The notes under the pieces were generated by a model. The model ran no database searches. It saw only the letters and a list, made by a program, of their open reading frames with translations, and had not been told where the DNA came from. A stretch of 64,000 bases of DNA from the NCBI RefSeq assembly GCF_044508325.1, contig NZ_JBIQHX010000004.1:68199-132198 (forward strand), in the 5' to 3' direction. Positions 24,618 to 34,359 of the stretch are shown one piece after another. How positions within the stretch are numbered: the stretch's first letter is position 1; each line of letters starts with the position of its first letter. The stretch is from Microbacterium sp. (GTDB taxonomy: Bacteria; Actinomycetota; Actinomycetes; Actinomycetales; Microbacteriaceae). The translations under genes were made by a program, and so were the position numbers.

Positions 24618-26213
24618 TCAGGATGCCGCGGCGAGCCCATGCCGGAAGGCGTAGGCTGTTGCGCCGGCGCGGTTGGCGGCGCCCACCTTCGCGAGGATGT
24701 TGCTGACGTGGCGGGCCACCGTGCGCTCGCTGAGGAAGAGGTGCTCGGCGATCCGGCGGTTCGACCAGCCGCGTGCGACGAGGGCGATCACCTCTCTCTC
24801 GCGACCGCTGAGCCCGGCCTCGTCTGCCGCCGGTGCGGCGATGCGTTCGAGGCGCGCCAGATCGGGCAGCGCCCCGAGCGACTCCAGGGCGCGTCGGGCG
24901 GCGTCGAACTCGAGCTGAGCGCCCTCCTCGTCCCCGGCCGCCCGGCTCGCGCGACCGAGCGCGATGCGGGTCAGCGCGGCGTGATGCGGAGCGTCGAGGC
25001 GCTGCCAGTCCGACCAGGCTGCGCGCAGCAGCGGCAGCGCGCCCCCCGCCCGTTCGGCCAGTGCGACCTCGCCCGTCGTGTGCGCGGCGAGCGCCCGCAG
25101 GAAGATGGTGCCGAAGGCGGCGGCGATGCGCTCCAGCTCGCCCGCGGCGGCTCGCGCGGCCGGCAGATCGCCGTCCTCGAGCGCAACGAGCGCTGACGCG
25201 GCGAGCAGATCGGCTCGCTCGGCGGGCGCACCCCCTGTGGCGAGCGCTCGCGCCAGCCCCGCGCGGGCGCGGTCGAGCTCCCCGGCATCGCGATGCAGGA
25301 GGGCCAGGCCCGGCTGCACCTCCCGGCCCAGCGCCGCCGCCTCGTGGTAGGCCTGCTCGGCGCGGTCGCGCCGACCGGCGACGCGGTGCAGCTCGGCGAG
25401 CCGGTACCAGGCGTCGGCGCGGACGGAAGTCTGCCGCTCGGTGTCGCACACCGCGGCCGCCGCCTCGGCGGCGTCGCCCCACTCGCCGCCCAATTGCAGG
25501 ATGGCGGCCCGATGCAGCGTGCACTCCCCGCGGAACGGCTCGAGCCCGCGCTGCGCATCGCACCACTCGTCGAGCTCACGGGTCCACACGCGGGCCCGCT
25601 CGAGGTCCCACCGCGCCAGCAGACTGGCGATCGCGGCGCAGTAGGCGGGTCCGGCTGCGCGGTCGCTGGGGCGGCCCTGTCCGATCATCAGCATCACGCG
25701 ATCCAGCAGCGCGAAACCCTCGGGGTCGCCGGTCTCCGCGAGCGAGCGGCCCAGCCCCATCGTGGCGATCACCTCGAGGTCGGGCTCACCGCATGCGCCC
25801 GCCGCCTCGCGTGCCGAGCGCAGCAGCGGGATGGATGCCCGTGCGTCGCCGTGGTCGTAGGCCCCGGCCCCCAGGGCGAGCGCGCGGATCGTCGTCTGCA
25901 GCGGTGTCGCCGGCGGATCTCCGCACAGCTCGACCACGCGGTCCATCCAGGCGCGCGCCTTGAGCACACGACCGGCGTGGCCGAGCACGAAGCACAGCCA
26001 GAAGCCGCAGCGCACGGCGTCGTCGAGGCGGCCCGCGCTCAGGTACTCCTCGTGGGCGCGCGCCCAGGCGTGCTCGCAGGCATCCTCTCGGCCCAGGAAC
26101 CACAGGGCCTGGCCCCACTCGTCCCACCCATCGGCGTCGAGTGTGCCCTGCCTGGCCTCCAGCTCGGCGCTGCGCGCCGGCCAGTCGACGACCGTCGCCT
26201 CGCGGATCGCCAT
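24618..26213 (-). CDS. LuxR-family (MalT-like/TPR) transcriptional regulator
   Basis: C-terminal LSGREREVIALVARGWSNRRIAEHLFLSERTVARHVSNILAK; helical N-terminal region. Confidence 0.92.
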   Translation of the reverse strand: MAIREATVVDWPARSAELEARQGTLDADGWDEWGQALWFLGREDACEHAWARAHEEYLSAGRLDDAVRCGFWLCFVLGHAGRVLKARAWMDRVVELCGDPPATPLQTTIRALALGAGAYDHGDARASIPLLRSAREAAGACGEPDLEVIATMGLGRSLAETGDPEGFALLDRVMLMIGQGRPSDRAAGPAYCAAIASLLARWDLERARVWTRELDEWCDAQRGLEPFRGECTLHRAAILQLGGEWGDAAEAAAAVCDTERQTSVRADAWYRLAELHRVAGRRDRAEQAYHEAAALGREVQPGLALLHRDAGELDRARAGLARALATGGAPAERADLLAASALVALEDGDLPAARAAAGELERIAAAFGTIFLRALAAHTTGEVALAERAGGALPLLRAAWSDWQRLDAPHHAALTRIALGRASRAAGDEEGAQLEFDAARRALESLGALPDLARLERIAAPAADEAGLSGREREVIALVARGWSNRRIAEHLFLSERTVARHVSNILAKVGAANRAGATAYAFRHGLAAAS

Positions 26214-26222
26214 GCGCTCATG

Positions 26223-27338
26223 CTAGATCTTGGCGTCCTGCCGCGGTATCACGACCTGTTTGATGATGAGGAGGATCGACGCGGTGACCGGGATGGCCAC
26301 CAGGGCCCCGAGCAGCCCGAGCAGGGTGCCGCCGACGAGGGCGCCGATCACCACGAGGGACCCGGGCACCGAGATCGCGCGGTTCATGACCCGTGGGGTC
26401 AGCACGTACGCCTCCAGCTGCATGTACACGAGGTACAGCACGGCGAACAGGAGCGCCGGGACCCAGCCGGTGAACAGGGCGATGCCGGTGGCGATGCCCC
26501 AGTAGAGCACCGATCCGATGAGCGGGATGAGGGTGATGCAGAACGCCACGACGGCCATCAGCGCCGCGAACGGCAGCCCGAGCACCAGATGCAGGATCAG
26601 CGCCACGATCGAGTTGAAGAAGGCGAGGATGACCATGCCCATGAGATAGGCGCCGATCGAGTCGGTGATCTCGTCGGTCATGCCGCTGATCTTGGTGCGG
26701 TGCCGAGCCGGCGCGAGACGGTTGAACGCCTGCTTCATGGCCGGCAGCGACGCGAGGAAGTACAGGCTCAGCACCAGCACGATGATCAGGCCCGAGATGG
26801 TCGTCGCGACGGTGACGCCGAACTGGAAGATGCCCCCGCCGATCGCGGCGATGTTCGAGGGGTCGGTGAGGAACTGCTGCACCTCGCTGAGCAGCTTGCC
26901 GACCTCGTCGCCGAAGTTCTGCTGCAGCCAGAGATAGAACGGCGACGTCTGGAAGTTCGCGATGATCGAGGGGATGTCGCGCACGAACTGCGCGATCTGC
27001 GAGACCACAGCGGGGATGACCAGCAGCAGCACCGCAGTGAGCACGACCGCGAACCCCAGGTAGACGATGACGATCGCCCACCCGCGTTTCACGCCGCGGC
27101 GCTCGAGAAGGCGCACGATCGGGTCGAGCCCCAGGGCCGCGAACAGCGCGAACACGATGTAGATGATGATCGTCGAGAGGTTCACGAACGCCACGCCCAG
27201 CGCGAACGCGATGAGGCCGCCGAGGGTGAGCGCGAAGCCGGCGGCGAACGGGTGGTTGAGATTCGCCCAGAAAGTGCGCTCCTCCGGCACGACGATCGGC
27301 TCCGCTGCCGCCGCCGCATCATTGTCGACGTCTGTCAT
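26223..27338 (-). CDS. AI-2E family transporter
   Basis: ALGLDPIVRLLERRG, LIPLIGS, QLEAYVLTPRVM, GGTLLGLLGALVAIP. Confidence 0.9.
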   Translation of the reverse strand: MTDVDNDAAAAAEPIVVPEERTFWANLNHPFAAGFALTLGGLIAFALGVAFVNLSTIIIYIVFALFAALGLDPIVRLLERRGVKRGWAIVIVYLGFAVVLTAVLLLVIPAVVSQIAQFVRDIPSIIANFQTSPFYLWLQQNFGDEVGKLLSEVQQFLTDPSNIAAIGGGIFQFGVTVATTISGLIIVLVLSLYFLASLPAMKQAFNRLAPARHRTKISGMTDEITDSIGAYLMGMVILAFFNSIVALILHLVLGLPFAALMAVVAFCITLIPLIGSVLYWGIATGIALFTGWVPALLFAVLYLVYMQLEAYVLTPRVMNRAISVPGSLVVIGALVGGTLLGLLGALVAIPVTASILLIIKQVVIPRQDAKI

Positions 27339-27396
27339 GGTCACACTCTAGGGGGCGGGAGGGCCGGGAAAGATAGGGTTTCAGCGAGGAGGAGCC

Positions 27397-27699
27397 ATGA
27401 GCGACATCGCAAGCGACCATGCCGAAGCCGAGCTGCGGCGGCTGCGGGGCAGCATCGACAACATCGACGCGGCGCTGATCCATCTCCTCGCCGAGCGCTT
27501 CAAGGCGACCCAGCGCGTCGGCGTCCTCAAGGCCGAGCACGGGATGCCGCCCTCCGACCCGGCCCGCGAAGAGCAGCAGATCGCACGTCTGCGGCGTCTT
27601 GCCGAGGAGGCCGACCTCGACCCCGAGTTCGCCCAGAAGTGGTTCACCTTCGTCGTGGCGGAAGTCATCCGCCATCACACCGCCGCTGCCGGCGGCTAG
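27397..27699 (+). CDS. Chorismate mutase (type II)
   Basis: LRRLRGSIDNIDAALIHLLAERFKATQRVGVLK, DPAREEQQIARLR. Confidence 0.93.
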   Translation: MSDIASDHAEAELRRLRGSIDNIDAALIHLLAERFKATQRVGVLKAEHGMPPSDPAREEQQIARLRRLAEEADLDPEFAQKWFTFVVAEVIRHHTAAAGG

Positions 27700-27708
27700 T
27701 CTGCGGGT

Positions 27709-28794
27709 ATGGCTCGCGAGCTCCCGATCGGAACCCTGCTCGACTCCGCCGATCCGACCCCGGCCCGCATCGTCGCCCCCCGGCTGAATCGGCACACCTT
27801 CTGGTGCGGGCAGAGCGGATCCGGGAAGACGTATGCGCTCGGCGTCCTGCTCGAGCAGGTGCTGCTGCACACGCGCCTGCCGCTGATCGTGCTGGATCCC
27901 AACTCCGATTTCGTGCGGCTCGGCGACCTGCGCGAGGATGCGCCCGAAGAGGATGCCGCCGCGCTCGCCGAGCGCGACATCCGGGTGTTCCGCCGCGACG
28001 ACGAGAAGCATCCGCTTCATGTCCGGCTGCTCGGCATGCCGCTGATCTCGCGGGCGGCGATCCTCGGGATCGATCCGATGCACGACGCCGAGATCTACAA
28101 CGCGATGCTGCACATCGAGCCGGAGGCGCAGTCCATCGGGCAGGGACAGCTGCTGCCGTACCTGCGCGGGGCGGAGCGCGACGTGCTGCGGCGTTTCGCG
28201 GTGCGGCTGGAGAACCTCGGCGTGGCCGAGTGGTCGCTGTGGGCGTGGGGAGGCCGATCGGTCACCGACGACATCGACGAGGAGCCGGATGCCACGGTCG
28301 TCGACCTCGGGTCGTTCGACACCCACGCCGAGTTCCGCGCCGCGGCGCTCGGGGTGCTCGACCACCTCTGGGAGAACCGCGTCTCGCGCCGGCCGCGTCT
28401 GATCGTCATCGACGAGGCCCACAATCTCTGCTCGCCGGATCCCGTCGACGCGGTGCACGCCCTGCTCACGGAGCGCATCGTGCAGATCGCGGCGGAGGGG
28501 CGCAAGTTCGGGCTCTGGCTGCTGCTGTCCACGCAACGTCCGTCGAAGGTGCACCCGAACGCGCTGTCGCAGTGCGACAATCTCGCCCTCATGCGCATGA
28601 ACTCCGCCCGCGACCTGGAGGAGCTCGCGAACGTCTTCGGGTTCGCCCCCGAGAGCCTGCTGGCCCGCTCGCCGGAGTTCGGCCAGGGGCAGGCGCTGTT
28701 CGCCGGCGGATTCGTCCCCACGCCCGCGGTCGTGCAGCTGGCCTCGCGCCTGACCCATGAGGGGGGCATCGACGTCCCGGTGCCGCTGCGGTGA
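27709..28794 (+). CDS. HerA/DUF87-like P-loop ATPase
   Basis: RHTFWCGQSGSGKT (Walker A), LDPNSDF, LIVIDEAH (Walker B), EGRKFG, STQRPS. Confidence 0.85.
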   Translation: MARELPIGTLLDSADPTPARIVAPRLNRHTFWCGQSGSGKTYALGVLLEQVLLHTRLPLIVLDPNSDFVRLGDLREDAPEEDAAALAERDIRVFRRDDEKHPLHVRLLGMPLISRAAILGIDPMHDAEIYNAMLHIEPEAQSIGQGQLLPYLRGAERDVLRRFAVRLENLGVAEWSLWAWGGRSVTDDIDEEPDATVVDLGSFDTHAEFRAAALGVLDHLWENRVSRRPRLIVIDEAHNLCSPDPVDAVHALLTERIVQIAAEGRKFGLWLLLSTQRPSKVHPNALSQCDNLALMRMNSARDLEELANVFGFAPESLLARSPEFGQGQALFAGGFVPTPAVVQLASRLTHEGGIDVPVPLR

Positions 28795-29018
28795 GCACGG
28801 CCCAGCGGGGCCGTTTGGCTTTCCCCTAGGCCCGTACTAGCGTGGATAGAGGGCCTGAGGGCCCTGCGACGACCAGTCCGCGGTCGTCCGCGGCGTCTGG
28901 GGATGTCCGACGGATGAACGTATGGTCGGCGGTCTGGGCTGTGCGTCGGAAACGCACGGCCGGCGATCGTCACCCGGACGCGACCGATGCGGCGCGCACC
29001 GCCGCCGAGGCAATCCAC

Positions 29019-30299
29019 GTGACCACCGCTGTACCCGCCGTCGAGGCGAAGAACCTGTTCAAGGTGTTCGGACGCAACCCGCAGCAGGCCGTGCGCCGGC
29101 TCAAGGCCGGCGAGACCCGCGAGCAGGTGAGCGACGTCGGCACCGCCGCCGTGATCGACGCCGGCTTCACCGTCCAGCCCGGCGAGATCTTCGTGATCAT
29201 GGGACTGTCCGGCTCGGGCAAGTCCACGATCATCCGCATGCTCAACGGCCTGCTGCAGCCCACCGCCGGCGAAGTGCTGGTCCAGGGCGCGAACGTCACC
29301 ACCGCGCGCGCCGGAGAGCTGCGCGCGATCCGGCGCCGGTCGATGTCGATGGTGTTCCAGCACTTCGCTCTGCTGCCGCATCTGACCGTGCTCGACAACG
29401 CCGCGTATGCACTCGAGATCCAGGGCGTCGGCAAGACCGAGCGACGCGAGCGGGCGCGCGAGATCCTCGACAAGGTCGGCCTCGGCGACCGCGTGGACGC
29501 GATGCCGGATGAGCTCTCCGGCGGGATGCGCCAGCGTGTCGGCCTCGCCCGGGCGCTGACGGCGGGCACCGACATCCTGCTCATGGACGAGGCCTTCTCG
29601 GCGCTGGATCCGCTCATCCGCCGCGAGATGCAGGAGCAGCTCGTCGAGCTGCAGCAGGAGCTCGGCCGCACGATCGTGTTCATCACCCACGACCTCAACG
29701 AGGCGATGTTCCTCGGCGACCGCATCGCGGTGATGCGCGACGGGCGCATCGTGCAGAACGGCACACCGGAGGAGATCCTGACCGACCCCGCGAACGACTA
29801 TGTCGCGCAGTTCGTGCAGGATGTCGATCGGGCGCGGGTGCTCACCGCCTCGGCCGTCATGGAGCCGCCGTATCTCACCGTGCCGCTGTCGGCGGGGGTG
29901 CGCGGGGCCCTGCGCGTGCTGCGCGAGCATCAGGCCAGCGCGGTGTTCGCGGTCGAGGGCCGGCGCCTGGTCGGTGTGGTCACCGACCGCGCGGTCATCC
30001 GTGCCGTGAAGGCCGGCGGCACCGACCTGCGGGCGATCGTCGAGAAGACGCGGTTCGTGCGCCCCGACGACCTGCTCACCGACATCGTCGAGGATGCCAT
30101 CGGCTCGGCCCACGCGCTCCCGGTGGTGGATGCGGACCACCGCCTCGTGGGCGTGATCCCCCGGGTCACGCTGCTGGCCGCGCTCGGCAACGTGCCGGCC
30201 ACCACGCGTGAGATCCCGATCGTGCCTTCGGCGGCGCTCGAGATCGCCGACGAGTACGACGTGCTCGAATCGACTTCGACGGAAGGGGCGCAGAGCTGA
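29019..30299 (+). CDS. proV: Glycine betaine/proline ABC transporter ATP-binding subunit with CBS domains
   Basis: [38 protein letters not shown]-terminal CBS pair; GTG start after GAGG. Confidence 0.9.
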   Translation: MTTAVPAVEAKNLFKVFGRNPQQAVRRLKAGETREQVSDVGTAAVIDAGFTVQPGEIFVIMGLSGSGKSTIIRMLNGLLQPTAGEVLVQGANVTTARAGELRAIRRRSMSMVFQHFALLPHLTVLDNAAYALEIQGVGKTERRERAREILDKVGLGDRVDAMPDELSGGMRQRVGLARALTAGTDILLMDEAFSALDPLIRREMQEQLVELQQELGRTIVFITHDLNEAMFLGDRIAVMRDGRIVQNGTPEEILTDPANDYVAQFVQDVDRARVLTASAVMEPPYLTVPLSAGVRGALRVLREHQASAVFAVEGRRLVGVVTDRAVIRAVKAGGTDLRAIVEKTRFVRPDDLLTDIVEDAIGSAHALPVVDADHRLVGVIPRVTLLAALGNVPATTREIPIVPSAALEIADEYDVLESTSTEGAQS

Positions 30300-31210
30300 T
30301 GGGCGGCGACGACGCGATCCGCATCCCGCTCGGTCAGTGGGTCTCCGACCTGATCGACTGGGTGATCGACACCTTCGGCGGCTTCTTCGACGTGATCGCC
30401 ACGATCTTCGGCGGGCTGTACACCAGCGTCGCGTGGCTGTTCCTCACCCCGCCGTTCTGGGTCATCATCATCGCCATCACGGCGATCGCCTGGCTTGCGA
30501 AAGGCTACAAGCTCGCGATCGGCACCGTCATCGGGCTGCTGCTCATCGGCGCGGTCGGACAATGGACCCACGCGATGCAGACGATCGCACTCACCCTGGT
30601 GGCGGTGGTCATCGCCGTGGTCGTCGCGATACCGGTCGGCATCTGGGCCGCCAGATCGCAGACCGTCTCGGCCATCGTGCGGCCGATTCTGGACTTCCTG
30701 CAGACGATGCCCGCCTTCGTCTACCTGATCCCCGCGATCTTCCTGTTCGGCGTGGGGGTCGTCCCCGGCATCGTCGCGACGATCCTGTTCGCGATCGCCC
30801 CCGGTGTCCGCCTCACCGAGCTGGGCATCCGCGGTGTCGACAAGGAGGTCGTCGAGGCGGGCAACGCGTTCGGCGCCACCCCCGGCCGCATCCTGCGTCA
30901 GATCCAGCTGCCGCTCGCGCGCCCGTCGATCATGGCCGGCGTCAACCAGGTCATCATGCTGTCGCTGTCGATGGCGGTCATCGCGAGCATGGTCGGGGCG
31001 CCGGGGCTCGGCCGGGACATCATCCAGGCGCTCAGCCGGGTCGACATCGCGCTCGGCTTCGAGGCGGGCCTCGCCGTCGTGATCATCGCGATGATCCTCG
31101 ATCGCATCACGGGGGCCTTCGCGGCCACAGGCCCCGCGCGGCGCCCGCGAAGGCGGGCCGTCACCGGCGAGAGCCCGGCGACCGCCGAGAAGGAACCCGC
31201 GGGCGCATGA
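30299..31210 (+). CDS. proW: Glycine betaine/proline ABC transporter permease
   Basis: LDFLQTMPAFVYLIP, EAA-loop EVVEAGNAFGAT, IMAGVNQ. Confidence 0.9.
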   Translation: MGGDDAIRIPLGQWVSDLIDWVIDTFGGFFDVIATIFGGLYTSVAWLFLTPPFWVIIIAITAIAWLAKGYKLAIGTVIGLLLIGAVGQWTHAMQTIALTLVAVVIAVVVAIPVGIWAARSQTVSAIVRPILDFLQTMPAFVYLIPAIFLFGVGVVPGIVATILFAIAPGVRLTELGIRGVDKEVVEAGNAFGATPGRILRQIQLPLARPSIMAGVNQVIMLSLSMAVIASMVGAPGLGRDIIQALSRVDIALGFEAGLAVVIIAMILDRITGAFAATGPARRPRRRAVTGESPATAEKEPAGA

Positions 31211-31309
31211 TGGCACATTCTTCGACGCCCCTGCGTCGAATCACCCGCGGTCTCCGCGGGCATCCCCAACACCCGTGACCACAGCACACGGGAGAAAAGG
31301 AAAGAGAAC

Positions 31310-32224
31310 ATGAGGAAGCGACACCTGCTGACCACGATCGCCTTCGGCGCCGTGGCCGCGGTCGCGCTGGCGGGCTGCGCGAGCGGCTCGACCGGCACGG
31401 AAGGAAATGACGGAACAGACGCCGGCGGCGACGCCAAGGGCGATATCACGATCGGCGTCTTCAACGGCTGGCCCGAGGGCGAGGCGGCGTCGTACATCTG
31501 GAAGCTCGTGCTCGAGGACCAGGGCTACACGGTCAACCTCGAGTACGCCGACGCAGGGCCGGTCTTCGCCGGCGTCGCCAACGGCGACTACGACTTCGCG
31601 CTCGACGGATGGCTTCCGCTGACGCACGCCGACTACTTCGCGCAGTACGAGGGTGACATCGTCGACCTCGGCTCGTGGAACGACGACGCCAAGCTGACGA
31701 TGACGGTGAACGACAGTGCCCCGATCACCTCGCTCACCGAGCTCGCCGACAACGCCGCCGCGTTCGGCGACCGCATCGTCGGCATCGAGCCCGGCGCCGG
31801 CCTGACCAAGGCCACCCAGGAAGCGGTCATCCCGACCTACGGGCTCGAGGGCATGGAGTTCATCACCTCGTCGACCCCGGCGATGCTCGCCGAGCTGTCC
31901 AAGGCGATCGACGCCGGGGATGACATCGTGGTGACGCTGTGGCGCCCGCACTGGGCCTACGACGCGTTCCCGATCCGCGACCTCGAAGACCCCGAGGGCA
32001 CCCTGGGCGACGCCGAGTCGATCCACACCTTCACGACGACCACGTTCGCCGAGGAGTTCCCCGAGGTCAACGAGTGGCTGACGAACTTCACGATGGACTC
32101 GGACACGCTGTACTCGCTCGAGAACGTCATGTACAACCGTGACGACACTCCCTCCGACTACACGAACATCGTCCGCGAGTGGATGGACGGCAACGCCGAC
32201 TACATCAGCGGTCTCACCAGCTGA
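31310..32224 (+). CDS. proX: Glycine betaine ABC substrate-binding lipoprotein
   Basis: Lipobox LAGC, DGWLPLTH, IVGIEPGAGL, VTLWRPHWAY. Confidence 0.9.
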   Translation: MRKRHLLTTIAFGAVAAVALAGCASGSTGTEGNDGTDAGGDAKGDITIGVFNGWPEGEAASYIWKLVLEDQGYTVNLEYADAGPVFAGVANGDYDFALDGWLPLTHADYFAQYEGDIVDLGSWNDDAKLTMTVNDSAPITSLTELADNAAAFGDRIVGIEPGAGLTKATQEAVIPTYGLEGMEFITSSTPAMLAELSKAIDAGDDIVVTLWRPHWAYDAFPIRDLEDPEGTLGDAESIHTFTTTTFAEEFPEVNEWLTNFTMDSDTLYSLENVMYNRDDTPSDYTNIVREWMDGNADYISGLTS

Positions 32225-32240
32225 CAAGCTGGCGCGCGAA

Positions 32241-32279
32241 CGGATGCCGCGGTTCCCGTCCCGGGGGCCGCGGCATCCG
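32241..32279. terminator. Hairpin between convergent proX and an ABC permease gene
   Basis: 12-bp inverted repeat CGGATGCCGCGG / CCGCGGCATCCG. Confidence 0.75.
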
Positions 32280-32293
32280 CTTCCTGCCGGACG

Positions 32294-33001
32294 CTACGGC
32301 GTGGCCCGCCGCAGCGTCCCGTAGGACGAGATGCCGAGCGCCACGGTGAGCGCCAGCATCCACAGCGCCATCGTCAGCGGGGTCTGCGCGGCGAACCAGG
32401 CGCCCACGTTCCCCCACCACCCCTGCCAGGTGACGAGTGCGATCAGCGCGACGATCGCCAGGGCGAGGCCCATGAGCAGTGTCGTGAGCACCGTCGATCC
32501 GAACCGCTTGTAGATCGTGGCCACCCAGAAGCCGAGCACGAACACGAGCAGGGTCACGGCGAAGAAGAAGAGCCAGCCCTCGTACCACGCGCCGTCGGTG
32601 ACCCACGGCACTGCGAACATGTACGAGCCCACGCCCCATCCGCCGGTGGCCAGCTCGGGGACGGCCAGGAGGGTGTAGAGGGTCGCGAGGACCGCTCCCG
32701 TGCCGGCGGCGAGGAGGCCGGTGCCGAGGTAGAACGTGCGCCTCGTGACGCTCATCGCCTGCGAGAACGGGAACGTGAGGCTCATGGCCTGCACGCCGAT
32801 GACGAGGAAGTACCACAGGGCCGCCTGCGAGGCGCCGTTGAATCCCTGCCCGCGCGCCGGGGCGTCCCCCATCGCGGACGTGATGATGAAGTAGATCAGC
32901 CAGCTCACCACGAAGGCGCCGGCGATGATCAGCAGCGGAACCCAGATGAAGGTCTGCTTGTTGACCAGCTGCATGCGGGCGACGGCGAGGGTGCGGTTCA
33001 T
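32294..33001 (-). CDS. ABC transporter permease (YtrA-type operon)
   Basis: MNRTLAVARMQLVNK start, FPFSQAMSVTRRTFYLG, about 6 TMs; ATGA overlap with the ATPase gene. Confidence 0.82.
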   Translation of the reverse strand: MNRTLAVARMQLVNKQTFIWVPLLIIAGAFVVSWLIYFIITSAMGDAPARGQGFNGASQAALWYFLVIGVQAMSLTFPFSQAMSVTRRTFYLGTGLLAAGTGAVLATLYTLLAVPELATGGWGVGSYMFAVPWVTDGAWYEGWLFFFAVTLLVFVLGFWVATIYKRFGSTVLTTLLMGLALAIVALIALVTWQGWWGNVGAWFAAQTPLTMALWMLALTVALGISSYGTLRRATP

Positions 33002-33897
33002 CGGACGACCTCCCGGGTCTCGGTGTCGGCGGCGTGCAGGGTGAGGCGCACGACGAGCTGCTGAAGGGGGACGGCGGCGAGCTCGAGCCCGGCGTCGGCC
33101 AGTTCGCGTCGCTCGAGCGGCGACAGCGCGCCGAGCACGGTCGCGCTGGTGACCCGGCCGAGGCTCTCGCGATGGATGACGTCGCGGCCGGAGAGGAACC
33201 GGTCCACGGTCGCGGTGTCGCCGAGGACCGTCGTCGCGCGTTCGCGCAGCTCCTCGGCGGACTCGTCGAGGAGCACGCGACCCCGGTCGACCACGATGAC
33301 GTGCCCGAGCAGCGCGGCGACCTCGTCGATCAGGTGAGAGCTCAGCACGATGGTGCGGGGGTGCTCGGAGTAGTCGGCGATCAGGCGGTCGTAGAAGAGC
33401 TGCCGTGCCACCGCATCCAGGCCGAGGTACGGCTCGTCGAAGAACGTGATCTCGGCGCGCGAGGCCAGCCCGATGATCACTCCGACCGCTGACAGCTGCC
33501 CGCGGGAGAGCTTCTTGATGCGGCGTGTGAGCGGAAGCTGGAAGTCCTCGACGAGCCGGTCGGCGAGGTCCTGGTCCCAGTTCGGGTAGAACAGCCGCGC
33601 GATGCGCAGCGCGTGCGCCGCGGTGGCGTCGTCGGGGTACTTCTGACTCTCGCGGACGAAGCACATGCGCGAGAGCACGTGCGCGTTCTCGTACGGCGAC
33701 TCGCCGAACACGCGCACCTCGCCGCTGGTGGCGAAGTTCTGCGCCGTCAGGATCGACATGATGGTGGTCTTGCCGGCGCCGTTGCGTCCGAGCAGTCCGT
33801 AGATCGTGTCCTTCTCGACCACGAAGCTCACGTCTTCGACGGCGACGGTCTCTCGGTAGCGCTTGGTGAGGTGTGCGACCTCGATGACGGGGCTCAC
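32998..33897 (-). CDS. ABC transporter ATP-binding protein
   Basis: GRNGAGKT, LSRGQ, FFDEPYLGLD, SSH. Confidence 0.93.
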   Translation of the reverse strand: MSPVIEVAHLTKRYRETVAVEDVSFVVEKDTIYGLLGRNGAGKTTIMSILTAQNFATSGEVRVFGESPYENAHVLSRMCFVRESQKYPDDATAAHALRIARLFYPNWDQDLADRLVEDFQLPLTRRIKKLSRGQLSAVGVIIGLASRAEITFFDEPYLGLDAVARQLFYDRLIADYSEHPRTIVLSSHLIDEVAALLGHVIVVDRGRVLLDESAEELRERATTVLGDTATVDRFLSGRDVIHRESLGRVTSATVLGALSPLERRELADAGLELAAVPLQQLVVRLTLHAADTETREVVR

Positions 33898-34280
33898 GGG
33901 CTGGTCCCTTCGATGGTGGTGGATGCGGCGGCGGCGTGTTCGCGCAGCAGCGCCGTCAGGTCGTCGGCGTCGAGGTCGAGCTTGCGGGCCTCGGCCAGCA
34001 GCGGAGCGATGAATCGCTCGGCGAACGCGGCGCGCCGCTCGGCGAGCAGCTGGGCGCGCGCCCCGGCGGCGACGAACATGCCGATGCCGCGCCGCTTGTA
34101 CAGGATGCCTTTCTCGACGAGCATGTTCACTCCCTTCGCGGCGGTGGCCGGGTTGATGCGGTAGAAGGCGGCGAGCTCGTTGGTCGAGGGCGCCCGCTCC
34201 TGTTCGGCGAGAGTGCCGCCGACGATCGAGTCCTCGACGCTCTCGGCGATCTGCAGGAAGAGGGCGCGTCCTTCGTCCAT
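33894..34280 (-). CDS. GntR-family regulator (YtrA subfamily)
   Basis: PSTNELAAFYRINPATAAKG, KRRGIGMFV; short 128 aa protein heading an ABC operon. Confidence 0.92.
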   Translation of the reverse strand: MDEGRALFLQIAESVEDSIVGGTLAEQERAPSTNELAAFYRINPATAAKGVNMLVEKGILYKRRGIGMFVAAGARAQLLAERRAAFAERFIAPLLAEARKLDLDADDLTALLREHAAAASTTIEGTSP

Positions 34281-34297
34281 CGCCGACGCCTCCTCGT

Positions 34298-34323
34298 TGG
34301 TTAGTTACTCAACTAACTAACCA
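34298..34323. promoter_or_regulatory. Putative YtrA/GntR operator
   Basis: Perfect inverted repeat TGGTTAGTTA-N6-TAACTAACCA, AT-rich, directly upstream of gntR. Confidence 0.8.
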
Positions 34324-34359
34324 GGGATGCGCGTGGCTGTCAAGCCGACCGTGCGGGGA

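Noticed and set aside
27709-28794. HerA-based anti-phage system (Sir2-HerA/NurA type)
   Set aside because: No nuclease, Sir2 or other effector neighbour. Kept only as an orphan ATPase finding.
28842-29018. N-terminal extension of proV (track start 28842)
   Set aside because: Low-complexity translation with no ABC features; the GTG at 29019 has an SD-like GAGG. The region is better explained as a structured leader.
31211-31309. Three small hairpins between proW and proX as an sRNA
   Set aside because: Intercistronic stems before solute-binding protein genes are commonly mRNA-stabilising, and there is no separate promoter evidence.
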